From an uncultured Acidimicrobiia bacterium (GTDB taxonomy: Bacteria; Acidobacteriota; Terriglobia; Versatilivoradales; Versatilivoraceae): a stretch of 64,000 bases of DNA. Shown piece by piece: positions 19,010-29,244 of the stretch. The notes under the pieces are model-generated. The model searched no databases. It was given only the letters and a program-made list of their open reading frames with translations, and was not told the DNA's origin. The stretch lies in NCBI GenBank assembly GCA_963791795.1, contig CAWBTP010000035.1, forward strand, positions 35,578 to 99,577, given 5' to 3'. Position 1 is the stretch's first letter; every line of letters starts with the position of its first letter. The position numbers were made by a program, and so were the translations under genes.

Positions 19010-22000
19010 ATGAAAAGACTTGTAGCTCTGGCTGCAGCCTTGTTGCTGCTCTTCTTTGCCCCTAGTTCGGGCGTCGCCCAGACTTCGTTTGGGACCATTA
19101 CTGGGATCATTCGAGACTCTTCGGGTGCCGTCCTTCCGGATGCCACCATCACCGTCACAAACGAGCAAACTGGTCTTTCCCGGCAAGCGACAACGGATGC
19201 GAATGGCGCCTACACAGTCCCGTCGCTCCCTGCAGCGGTCTACACCGTCACTGCGGAGTTGAAGGGGTTCAAGAAAGGTATTGCCGCAAACGTGAACCTG
19301 GAGGTCAAGCAGACACTGCGAAGAGACATCACCTTGGAAGTTGGCGAGATCAGCCAGACTGTGGAGGTCCAGGCGGAGGCGCCCCTGCTTCAGAGCGAGT
19401 CTTCAACGGTAGGTACCGTCATCGCGAACAAGCAGGTGGTCGAGCTGCCATTGAACGGTCGAAGCTTCACCGAGTTGACTTACCTCATTCCAGGCGCGGT
19501 GCGGCAGGCCGGCGCACAGTTTCAGGTTTCAGGCGGCAGCCGCGTGTCGGTTAGCGGAGCGCGCGCCGAGGACAATAACTACACGCTGGATGGCGTGAAC
19601 AACAATGAGACTTTTTTCAAGGCCTTTGCCGTTCAGCCATCGATCGATGCCATTCAGGAATTCAAGATCCAGACGAACATCACTTCTGCTGAATTCGGCC
19701 AGGCAGCCGGCGCCAACATCAATGTCGTGACCAAGTCGGGGACGAACGACATCCACGGGGTTCTCTTCGAGTTCTTGAGAAACAATGTCTTCGATGCTCG
19801 GGACGATTTCGCGCCTACGAGACCCACGTTCCGCCAGAACCAATTTGGCGGCCAGGTCGGCGGACCAGCCATTAAGAACAAGACCTTCTGGTTTTTCAAC
19901 TATGAGGGACTCCGTCGACGAAGGGCAGCGACGGCGCTAGGAACGATTCCGACGCCGGAGATGTTCAACGGCAATCTGGCTTTCGATCACACGGGCGCTC
20001 CGGCCAGGCCCATTTTCGATCCGGCCACAACCCGGTTGGTCAATGGCGTGCTCGTTCGTGATCCGTTTCCTGGACAACATCATCCCGGCCAGACCGGATC
20101 GATCCGATTATCAAGTCCTACGCCGCGCTCTTCTATCCGGCACCTAACCAGCCCGGACAAGCGGCCAACCTTATCAACACGCAGTCGGGCTCCGTCGATA
20201 ACAACCAGTTCACGATTCGGGTCGATCACAAGATCAGCGAGAACAACAATTTCTTCAGCCGATTCTCGTATGTTCAGGCCGAGCAGTTGGCCCCAAGGCC
20301 CCTCGGGACCCACATTAACTCGACGAGCAACGCCTTCAGGAATTTCATGATCAGCGACACGCATTTGTTCAATGCAACCACAATCTTGGATGTGAGGCTG
20401 GCCTATCACCGCAACAACCTGCAAAATGCCGAGCAGGGGCCCAGCGATCTGGCCACTGTGAAGCAGTGGCTGCAGACCACCGGGATTCAGGGCATTCCAA
20501 TCAAGAATGAAAACGTCCCGATTTACCCGCAGTTTTTCATCGGTGACGGGTACACAAATCCAAACCAGGACGGCTATCCGTTCCCGGACGACACCTACCA
20601 GATCCTGGCCAGCCTGAGTAAGACCAAGGGCAAGCATTTTTTCAAGTTCGGCATGGACTACCAGAACCGCCGCAACCTGGACGATGGGTTGTTCTCGGCC
20701 AATATCGATTTCACGAAGACCGCCGACAGCGGACCCGCAAAATGCAAGCCGGAACACGGGCAGGCCCTGGCTTCTTACCTGCTCGGACTGCCCGACCTGC
20801 TCTGCGAAACGTCGGCGATACGACAGCATTGATGCGCTGGAGCGGCTACTACTTCTATTTCCAGGATGACATCAAGGTGAACTCCAAGCTGACCCTGAAT
20901 CTTGGGCTGCGCTACGACTACACCCAGTGGCCTCGGCATCGCGACAACAAGCTGGGTTCTTTCGATCTTGAAACTGGAAAGTATCATCTGGGCAGCAACA
21001 AATCCGATTACGGGTGAAGCCGCCAACACGTTCCCTACGGTGATTCATCCGGACAGGAACAACTGGGCCCCTCGCGCTGGCTTGGCTTATCTGTTGAACA
21101 ACAAGACGACCCTTCGAGCCGGATATGGCTGGTTCTACAACACCAATTTCCTCTGGGAGGCTCAAGGGATTCGTGGCAACTGGCCGTTTGCCATCAGCGA
21201 AACCAAAACGAACCTGAACGATACCTTCATCAATTCCCCGCTCAAGACAACTTTCTCACCCGACACCTCGACCGGACCGGGAACAAATGTTCCTCCTGAT
21301 GCCCAGCACATCGCCGATCGTAACCGGCGCGTGAGCTATATGCAGCAGTGGAACCTCCATCTGCAAAAAGAGGTGGCAGGTGGTTTGGTTCTTGAGGCTG
21401 GATATGTGGGGACAAAGGGATCGAAAGCGTCGATCTTTGCAAATGCGAACACGGCTCCTCCAGGACCGGGAGCCAGTGCAGCCGCGCCGTCAACACACGA
21501 ATCTGGGTGCCACCAGCTTGATGACGGACATTGCCAGTTCCATCTATCACAGTCTTCAGTTGAAAGCCGAGAAGCGGTTTTCCAAGGGATTGGCTTTTCT
21601 CGGCAGCTACACGTTCAGCCGCAACATCAACACCGGTGGCGATGGGTTCTCAGCGAAGTGCTTCCCCGCAGGATCCCAACTGCATTGAATGCGAGCGCGC
21701 TTTGTCCTCGTTCCATCGAAAGAACATCTTTGCTATGAACTTCGTTTACGAGTTGCCGTTTGGCAAAGGCAAGCAGTTCGGCTCGGATCTGAGCGGAGCT
21801 GCAAACCACATCCTTGGGGGATGGCAGTTCAACGGCATTATCACTGCCAGTTCCGGCCAGCCGATCGGAGTCGGCATTCCCCGGGATATCGCCAACATCG
21901 GGGCTCGTTCGATCAGCCAGCGTCCCAATTTGAACGGGGATCCCAACATTGACAATCCCACCTCCGATCGTTGGTTTGACAAATCGGTCTTTTCTGAGCC

Positions 22001-22257
22001 GGCACCGTTCACCTATGGCAATGCGGGTAGAAACATCATCATCGGGCCGAGCAATCAGACCTGGACTTTGGGCTTTTACAAGAATTTCCTGATCGCAGAA
22101 CCACATTCGCTTGCAGTTCCGGGCGGAGATGTTTAATGCGTTTAATCACGTGAACCTTAACAATCCAACCACGAGTTTCGACTCTCCGAACTTGGGCCGC
22201 ATCTCTGGCTCACAGCCGGCACGTCAGATCCAGTTTGGGTTGAAGTATTACTTCTGA
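19010..22257 (+). pseudogene. TonB-dependent receptor with CarboxypepD_reg domain (copy 2, paralog of 12193-15481), broken by about 7 frameshifts
   Basis: GAGGA lies 7 nt before ATG 19010, followed by the signal peptide MKRLVALAAALLLLFFAPSSGVAQ. Homology to copy 1 can be followed through track ORFs 19010, 20287, 20742, 20902, 21380 and 21636 and a final unlisted frame ending QIQFGLKYYF (TGA 22255-22257). The frame path (coordinate mod 3) is 2>0>1>0>1>2>0>1. Confidence 0.8.
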
Positions 22258-22281
22258 GCTTTGGAGACAGCGTACAAACCA

Positions 22282-22327
22282 CAGGGTGCAGCGGGAGCGT
22301 TTGGCCCGTTGCACCCTGTTTCTTTTT
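22282..22327 (+). terminator. rho-independent terminator after receptor 2
   Basis: The stem CAGGGTGC (22282-22289)/GCACCCTG (22311-22318), with additional inner pairing, is followed by TTTCTTTTT (22319-22327). Confidence 0.7.
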
Positions 22328-22418
22328 GTGGGGTGGGGATTCGCTCGAACCATCATTCTCACTCCGGCTTGGTTCACAACCAGCGAAGAAGTCTCAAGAT
22401 CTGTGTTACTTTGTAACC

Positions 22419-24407
22419 ATGGCTTGGCTAATATTGGGGCGTCCACGTCGATCCTCTTTGGCGTTGGTTCTGGCGCTTTCCTTACTATTCTCCGGTCTAC
22501 CAATCCTGTTGGGCCTCGCAGAGAATCCCCCTTCTGAAAGGGGGAAAGAAGGCGAAGCCTTCAGGGGGTTGTCTGGACGAGTCTTCGAACGCAACCCCTT
22601 TGGCGCTTCGCGACCGCTGTCGCTTGGCGCCGCCCCCGTTGTTAAGGAGGAATATCTTAGTCGATCATGGCAAAGCCGCAGCGGCACGGGTGCCTCGGTT
22701 GAGAAACAGATCGAACGTTACCTCCAGGAAGCCCGAGCGGCAGAAAAAAAACAGGACTACGATGTTGCCGCAACTGCCTATCAAAACATCCTGAAGCTTC
22801 GCCCTCAGTGGGCACTGATCCATCAGAGCCTCGGAGTCGTCTACCACCTGCACAGTCGCTTTCCTGAAGCGATTTCTTCTCTTCAAAATGCTTTGAAATT
22901 GGATGCCTCTCTCTGGGGTTCGCGAGCTTTTCCTCGGAATGGCGTACTACCGCACCAACCAGTTCCTGAAAGCCATTCCGGCTCTTGAACAGTCCCTCAA
23001 ACTCAATCCCAAGCTTGCCGAGAATGAGGCCCGGCTTTGGCTGGGCTCCAGCTATCTGGCCCTGAACCGTTTCAAAGAGGCTCTTACGGAGTTCCGCAGA
23101 CTGTCGGAGATAAAGCCCGGGGACTTGGAAGCGCTCTACAATCTGGCGGAGGCTTGCAACCGTTACTCCTCAGCTCTTTTTGAAAAGATTACAGTATCGG
23201 ATCCGGAGTCCCCTGAGGCCCACCGGCTGCAGGCGGAGTGGTTCGAGTGGCAGGACAAACCCGACGAAGCCATAGGTGAATACGTGCAGGTGCTTAAAGC
23301 GCGCCCGGACTGGGAAGGCGTGAATTTGACTGTTGGAAATCTGTATCTGCGGAAGGGCGAGCCTGGCAAAGGCTGCTCAAGCGTTTGAGCAAGAGCTCCG
23401 TCTCGCCCCGCGATGACCCGGAAGTAGCAAACTGTTGCAGGCCGTGCGTGCCCGAGGAGGCTCGCCCCAGCCTGGATCGGGAAATTCCGAATCGAAGCCG
23501 TTCAGTTATGCCGGGAGTATGGATGAATCAAGCGCGAAAACAACGTCGAACCTGTTTTCACAGGGAGTCCGCCAGTTTCGGGCGCGCGATTTCGCTGGCG
23601 CTCAGGTCCTGTTCAGTCGTGCAACCCAGGCAAGTCCCGGTGATGCGCTCACGAAGCTCTATCTCGCGCGTTGCCACTTCGCACTGGGAGACTTCGATCG
23701 AGCCATTGAGCTCTTGAAACAGCCTGGCGAGTTTGGCCGCTACGGGTTGGAAGCGTCCTACTGGGCAGGTAAGTCCTATCAGGAACTGGCTGCTCAGACA
23801 CTTGAAAAAATGATCAGGGATCGATCCGAATTCTTATCGAGTACATCAGATGACTGGCGCACTCCTGGAAGACAAAAGGAAATATGCCGAGGCTATTGAC
23901 GCTTACCAGAAGGCATTGAAACCGTCTCCCGATCTTATGGGGCTCCGGTTCGCGATCGGGAATACCTATTGGAAGATGCAGAATCTGGACGAGGCGCTGG
24001 TTTGGTTGAAGGACGAGCTCGGCAGAAATCCTTATCACGCCTTGGCCAACTACAAGGTGGGGAGCATCTACCTTTCCAAGGGAAACACAGACATGGCGGT
24101 GCCGTTCCTCGAGAAGGCTGTTCAGGCCAATCCGACCTTGCTAGGCGCGCAACAGGACCTGGCAAAGGCTTACACGAGCCTGGGTCGGCATGAAGAGGCC
24201 ATTGCGAAACTCAAGCTCGTCGCTCAAGCAGATCCTGAAGATGCTTCGATTCGCTATCTGCTCTCAGGGGCCTATAAGAAAGTTGGAAAAATCGAAGCAG
24301 CAGAGGCAGAGCTCAAGGCGTTTACGCAGTTGCGTGCCAAGCAAGATCGCGAGCGACGCGAGTATTTGCAGAAAAGAATTTCGCCAGATCAACCAGCGGC
24401 GCCATGA
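22419..24407 (+). CDS. membrane-anchored TPR repeat protein, broken by about 4 frameshifts
   Basis: The N-terminal anchor is MAWLILGRPRRSSLALVLALSLLFSGLPILLGLA. TPR-like 34-aa periodicity continues through track ORFs 22326, 22903, 23385, 23435 and 23850 (frame path 0>1>0>2>0). Confidence 0.6.
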
Positions 24408-24539
24408 CGCTGAGCAGCATGAGCAAACCAGTTGCTTCAAAACGTCCTCCCTTTTCCAAGGGGGACTTGAGGGGGGTAAGAATCGTTAAGCGTCTGAGGA
24501 ATCGTTCAGCAACCGTCCCCTTGTTCGAGGGAGCTGTGG

Positions 24540-24756
24540 AAAAATTGAAATTCAATGAAACAATTGGCTCCCCTCGCCCCAGCGCGGGAGAGGGGCGGGG
24601 GTGAGGGGGACCTCCACGCTGTGATCGACTGCTTGTCTTTCCGCATCCAGTCAGTGTTTTTGGCTTTATTGCGCAATCCCTACTGCGTGCAACACCCCCT
24701 CACCCCCAACCCCTCTCCCCCTACGGGAGGCGAGGGGAGCCGAACCTTCAATTTTT
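24540..24756. repeat. repeat family C-like inverted pair (two arms of about 65 bp around a spacer of about 85 bp)
   Basis: The left arm AAAAATTGAA..GGCTCCCCTCGCC..GGGAGAGGGGCGGGGGTGAGGGGG (24540-24609) pairs with the right arm CCCCCTCACCCCCAACCCCTCTCCC..GGCGAGGGGAGCC..TTCAATTTTT (24695-24756). Confidence 0.75.
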
Positions 24757-24795
24757 TTACAGCCCCAGGGGGGGCGCGTTCCCTGGTACCCACGA

Positions 24796-26462
24796 GTGTA
24801 TCCGCTAGTCATCCTGCTAGTTCTCGTTCTGGTTTCTCAGCTCGGCTTCCGTTCACGCTGTCCAGCGAAGCAAGAATGAAGAAGCTCACCTGCTGCGCGG
24901 TCTGGCTTCTCTGGATAAAGACCGTCACGAAGATGCCATCAAGGAGTTCAACCAGGCGATTGTTGCGAACCCTAAGGATGCGGAACCTCGCTATCAACTC
25001 GGCCTCAGCGCAATGGAAGCTCGGCCGGCCCATGGAAGCCTCTGCCAATTTCGTGCGGGCTCTCCAACTGGCTCCGGATCACGCCTTGGCCCAGTACTAT
25101 CTTGGCCGCACCTTCCTGCAGGCTCAGAATCTGCCCAAAGCCGTCGAGTCTTTTGAGAAGGTCATTCAGCTGGCGAACGGAAAACCCGTCGTGGACGAGT
25201 TTTTCCAGTTGGGCAAGGTGTACCTGACTCTAAAGAAAACCTCGGACGCAATTCGTGTCCTCGAGGCCGGCACCAAGGTCCAACCTCGCGACGATCGATT
25301 GTATGCCCAACTGGGGAGGGCTTATCTCTCTTTGGGTCGCAAACCGGAGGCGGAGTCGGCTTTGGCCAAGTCCAAAGAGTTGCGAGACTACCAGCGCGAA
25401 GCAACCAGCCGGCTGCTGCAAGGCTCCGAGTTCCTGAAGGCTGGCGAACTTCAAAAGGCACAGCAGATCTACGAGTGGTTTCTCAATTCGGACGATATCG
25501 ACGATTTGGTTTCTCTGGGCATTCAATTCGGTCAACACGGCCAGCACGAACAGGCGACCCGCCTACTCACCAAAGCGCTCGGACTATCGCGCGATTTGTT
25601 CGAGGCGCACTACAACCTGGGCCTCATCTTCTTTCGCAACGGTAAAGAAGAGGCGGCTGAAACACATCTTTCGGCGGCGGTGGATCTTCGGCCCTATTCG
25701 TTCGAAGCCAACTCACTTTTGGGAGTCGTCTTGAGCCAACGCGGAAAAACCGACCAAGCGATCAAAGCTTTGCAGCGTGCGGAACTCCTGAGGCCTGACG
25801 ACTTGAAAGTGGCGACCCTGCTCGCCCTGCAACTGACCGAAGGGCGCTACTACACCGAAGCGGTGAGGCTGTTGAATCATTCGACGAAACGCTGGCCCGA
25901 CAATCTGGATCTGCGACTGCTGTTGATTCAGAATTATCACCGCGACCAGAAATATGAGAAAGCCGTACAGGCTGCCGGGCAGACCGTTGCTTTGTTTCCA
26001 AACGCCGCGCGCGCCAATTTTGAGATGGGCTATCAGCTCCTTACCTTTGGCCGCATCCAGCAATCGAAGTCATATCTGGAGAAGGCCATTCAACTGGACC
26101 CCGGCCCGCCCGATGGATATGCCTCTCTGGGAGAGGTGTTCGCAAAGGAAGACAACCAAGCCGAGGCGATCCGCTATTTCCGTTTGGCGCTGGAACGAGA
26201 TTCTTCCCACGTGGAAGCGGCTCTGGGATTGGCCAAGTCGCTGTTGGCACTGAAACGGTATTCAGAAGTGGTTCCTGAGATGCAGAGAGTGATTCAACTG
26301 GATCCCGTCAATCCTCAGCCCCATTTTCATCTTTCGCAGGCCTTTCTGGGTTTGGGAGACAAACAGAAGGCGCAGCAGGCATCCGAGACCTTCCGACAGC
26401 TCAATCAACAGCGCATGGTGCGACGCGACCAGGAAGGGGGAAGGGAGTTGCCAGCGCGATGA
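24796..26462 (+). CDS. TPR repeat protein, with two +1 frame breaks (24877 and about 25025)
   Basis: GTG 24796 gives MYPLVILLVLVLVSQLGF.... Removing T at 24877 joins AKQE|EEAHLLRGLASLDKDRHEDAIKEFNQAIVANPKDAEPRYQLG. A second shift joins the long track ORF (many TPRs to 26462). The track N-terminal extension from 24555 lies on the repeat element. Confidence 0.6.
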
Positions 26463-26885
26463 ATGATGAATAGAGAAAGCGATCCAGCTCGACTCCCGAT
26501 TGCTGGGAGCCTACTACCAATACGGCTTGTTTGTATGCGAAACGGAAGGCTCGAAAAGGGAAGACGCTCTTGAATACTTTCCACCGGAAGAAGGAACTCT
26601 ATGCACCCGAGGTCTCTGCTGTAGAACCGCACGCGGTGCGCTAGTTCAGTTGGAAGCCACGAAGTTTAAGATTCGGTCAAATCTGCAGTTGTTTGCAAAC
26701 CGCCAAGAATGCAAAGGGGAATTCGAGTGTCACTTGGAATGTGAGCATCTCGAATCACTGAGCTTAGATTCAGATAGCCGGACCGAGACTTCCACGAAAG
26801 GCTTCATCAGGCAAGCTCTTGCGTCCTTGGTGGTTCTCTGTTTTGGGTCCGTAGGATCGTCAATGAATTGCAACGAGGATTTCTC

Positions 26886-27754
26886 ATGCTCGACCCTGGA
26901 CTCGAAGGGCGGACGGTCCTGATCACGGGCGCAAATCATGGAATTGGCGCCGCCATTGCGAGAGCGTTTGCCAGGCAAGGCGCCAAGGTGTTTATCACTT
27001 ACTATCGCCCACGATCTGAGCGTTCGGAAACAGAGCTACAGGAATTGCGTGAGACGGCTGTGGGTGGCCCAGCGCTCCACGAAGCGATGCACCAGCAATC
27101 GGCTGTTCCACTCGTCAACGAAATTGTTTCGCAGGGAGGTGTTGCGGCCTCGCACGAAGCTGACCTCAGCAATGTGTCGAACATTCCTCTCTTATTTGAT
27201 CGATGTGAGGCCAGGTGGGACCTGTGGATGTTCTTGTCAACAACCACACGTGCTGTGTTCTCGAAACGTTCGATCCCGAGCTGGTCAGTGAGGAGGGATT
27301 CAGCGTGCACCTGCCGACGGCCGACTGTATCGATGCACACTTCGCTGTAAATAGTCGCGCCGTTGCCTTGATGATGTCTGAGTATTTCCGGCGCTTCCTG
27401 ACGCGGAAGGGCAAGTCGGGCCGTGTCATCAACATCAGCACCGACGCCGCCCATGCCCATGTGGCCAACATCAGCTATGCTGCCAGCAAACATGCCATTG
27501 AGTCCTACAGCCGCTCGGCGGCGGCGGAGATGGGGAAATACGGCATCACGATTAACATCGTTGCTCCAGGTCCAATCCAGACCGGTTATCTCACTCCTAA
27601 AGATGAAGCCAGCATTGCGGCCAGTACACCGATGCGCCGCATTGGCAGGCCAGAGGACGTTGCCGACGTCGTCGTGTTTCTGGCGTCCGAACAGGCCGAC
27701 TGGCTTACGGGTCAGTTGCTGTATGTGGGCGGCGGATGGAGAATGCACCAGTAG
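26886..27754 (+). CDS. SDR family oxidoreductase (FabG-like), with one -1 frame break near 27205-27215
   Basis: GAGGA lies 6 nt before ATG 26886. It carries VLITGANHGIGAAIA (TGxxxGxG), VLVNN and YAASKHA (YxxxK). The join reads CEAR|(L)GPVDVLVNN. Confidence 0.75.
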
Positions 27755-27945
27755 CTGCGCCAAGCCGGGCGTTCCAGCCTTGACACAGTGATTCACTAGC
27801 TCTGATAATGACTCTTCTTCAAACGACTGTTGTCGAACTGAACGAGATTCATCGCCCGAGATTAGAGATGTCACTGCTCATCCACAATCCTCCTGCCCTT
27901 CGCTCTTGGTTTGTTGATGGCGAATGGTGTCGTCGCGGAAAAAGG

Positions 27946-29046
27946 ATGCAGGATCCGGTTGCGATTGCTGCGACTCATCTGAAGGCGGGGAAGTTCGAGG
28001 CTGCCGAGGAGGAACTGAGGAAGGTACTAAGGGACACAAACGGCAGCGCTGAGGCGCACAGGTTGCTCGGCTTGATCTACGACGAAACCGGGCGCTCCGA
28101 AAAAGCGACCCAGGAGTTCTTGCAGGCGCAGCAACTCGATCCGAGTTCGCCGCGGATTCAGAACACTCTGGGCGCTCATTATTTCCGGCACGGCAAGCTC
28201 GACCTGGCCGCCCTGCAGTTTCGAAAAGTGCTTGCGTCAAGTTCCCGTGAAGTGACTGCCAATCACTATCTGGGCCTGATCCAACTCCAGCAAGACCAGC
28301 CCGCCGGGGCGCTGTCCCTACTGAAGACTGCGCAATCTCAGAGTCCGCGCGACCGCGACATTCTCTTTGATCTAGCGCGCTGCTATTTTGCCCTTGGGCA
28401 AAGTCAGGAGGCCGTGCAGTCACTCGACCAGGTTCTGGCCAACACAGCAACTGATGATGGCGCAACCTCTTTCGGCGTGGGTGTTTTGCTGCTTCAGAAT
28501 GGGCAGTTGCGTCCAGCGATCTCGGCTCTGGATCGCGCTAGAAAGCTGTCACCGACAAACCCGGCAGCGTTGGTTTTGCTGGCGGATGCGCATCGGCAAG
28601 GCGGTCAGTTCGAAGAGTCGTGGCGTCTTGTGAATGAAGCGATAGGCCTGCTGAAGCTTCAGTCTGTGTCCGGGAACCGGCAGAACGAATTTATACCCAA
28701 AGCACGCCAGGTTTTGGAGGTGCTCTTCAGTCAAGAGCCGCGTTCCTATCAGAAGGGGATTGCCCTTGCCGAAGTTCTCTATTTGGAAAAGAAGTACAGC
28801 GAGTCGCGCTCGTTACTCAGGAAACTGGAACTGCAAGGGAAACGAGATCCCGATTTTTTCAACCTGTTGGGAATGGTCTACGGAGGTTTGAATCAACTTC
28901 CCGAAGCGGCCCAGGCGGTCATCGAGGCCATTCGACTGGCTCCCACTCGTTCCGACTTGATCTTTAACCTCGCTGGCCTCTATCAGAAAGCTGGCGACAA
29001 TGGGTCGGCCGTCAAGGTTTTGAAGAGAGCGTTCGCACCCACTTAA
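27946..29046 (+). CDS. TPR repeat protein
   Basis: Multiple TPR units are visible (AEAHRLLGLIYDETGRSEKATQEFLQAQQLDP...). The start is uncertain among 27808, 27868 and 27946. Confidence 0.7.
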   Translation: MQDPVAIAATHLKAGKFEAAEEELRKVLRDTNGSAEAHRLLGLIYDETGRSEKATQEFLQAQQLDPSSPRIQNTLGAHYFRHGKLDLAALQFRKVLASSSREVTANHYLGLIQLQQDQPAGALSLLKTAQSQSPRDRDILFDLARCYFALGQSQEAVQSLDQVLANTATDDGATSFGVGVLLLQNGQLRPAISALDRARKLSPTNPAALVLLADAHRQGGQFEESWRLVNEAIGLLKLQSVSGNRQNEFIPKARQVLEVLFSQEPRSYQKGIALAEVLYLEKKYSESRSLLRKLELQGKRDPDFFNLLGMVYGGLNQLPEAAQAVIEAIRLAPTRSDLIFNLAGLYQKAGDNGSAVKVLKRAFAPT

Positions 29047-29244
29047 GTTGCTGGCACGGCTAAACGAGAGAAAGCAAAACCGCAAAGCAGCCTTCCAGGA
29101 AAAAATTTCCGGCAGCCACTGAGACGGACATTGCAAGGGTGACCTTGAGCCGGTCAAGGCGCGCGCTTCCCATGACTCGCTCAAACAGCGGGCCATCTGA
29201 GATCACCCTGAGTCTTCGTCATCGAACTACAGGAGGAATTTACT

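Noticed and set aside
19010-22257. Programmed ribosomal frameshifting as an explanation for the split genes.
   Set aside because: The breaks occur in about 17 unrelated genes, up to nine per gene, without a common slippery heptamer or downstream structure. They are indels, whether real or technical.
24555-24795. The N-terminal 80-110 residues of track ORF 24555-26462.
   Set aside because: This part is translated from the inverted repeat pair 24540-24756. A signal-anchor start at GTG 24796, joined by two +1 corrections, gives a coherent TPR protein.
26638-26705. tRNA-like D-arm string GCGCTAGTTCAGTTGG in the 420-bp intergenic region.
   Set aside because: It has no acceptor stem, no 7-nt anticodon loop and no GTTCGAATC-type T-arm on either strand. 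At most it is a decayed fragment.
27002-27874. Long antisense ORFs listed in the track opposite recognisable genes. Examples are 27002-27874, 33109-33897, 14741-15451, 20080-20829, 30334-31026, 34484-35161, 43327-44040, 46191-46838, 50659-51315, 52014-52688, 53550-54125, 57439-58224 and 60434-61333.
   Set aside because: Each lies entirely inside a gene with clear family motifs on the other strand. Their translations are Arg/Pro/Gly-rich with no motifs, as expected for open antisense frames in GC-rich DNA.
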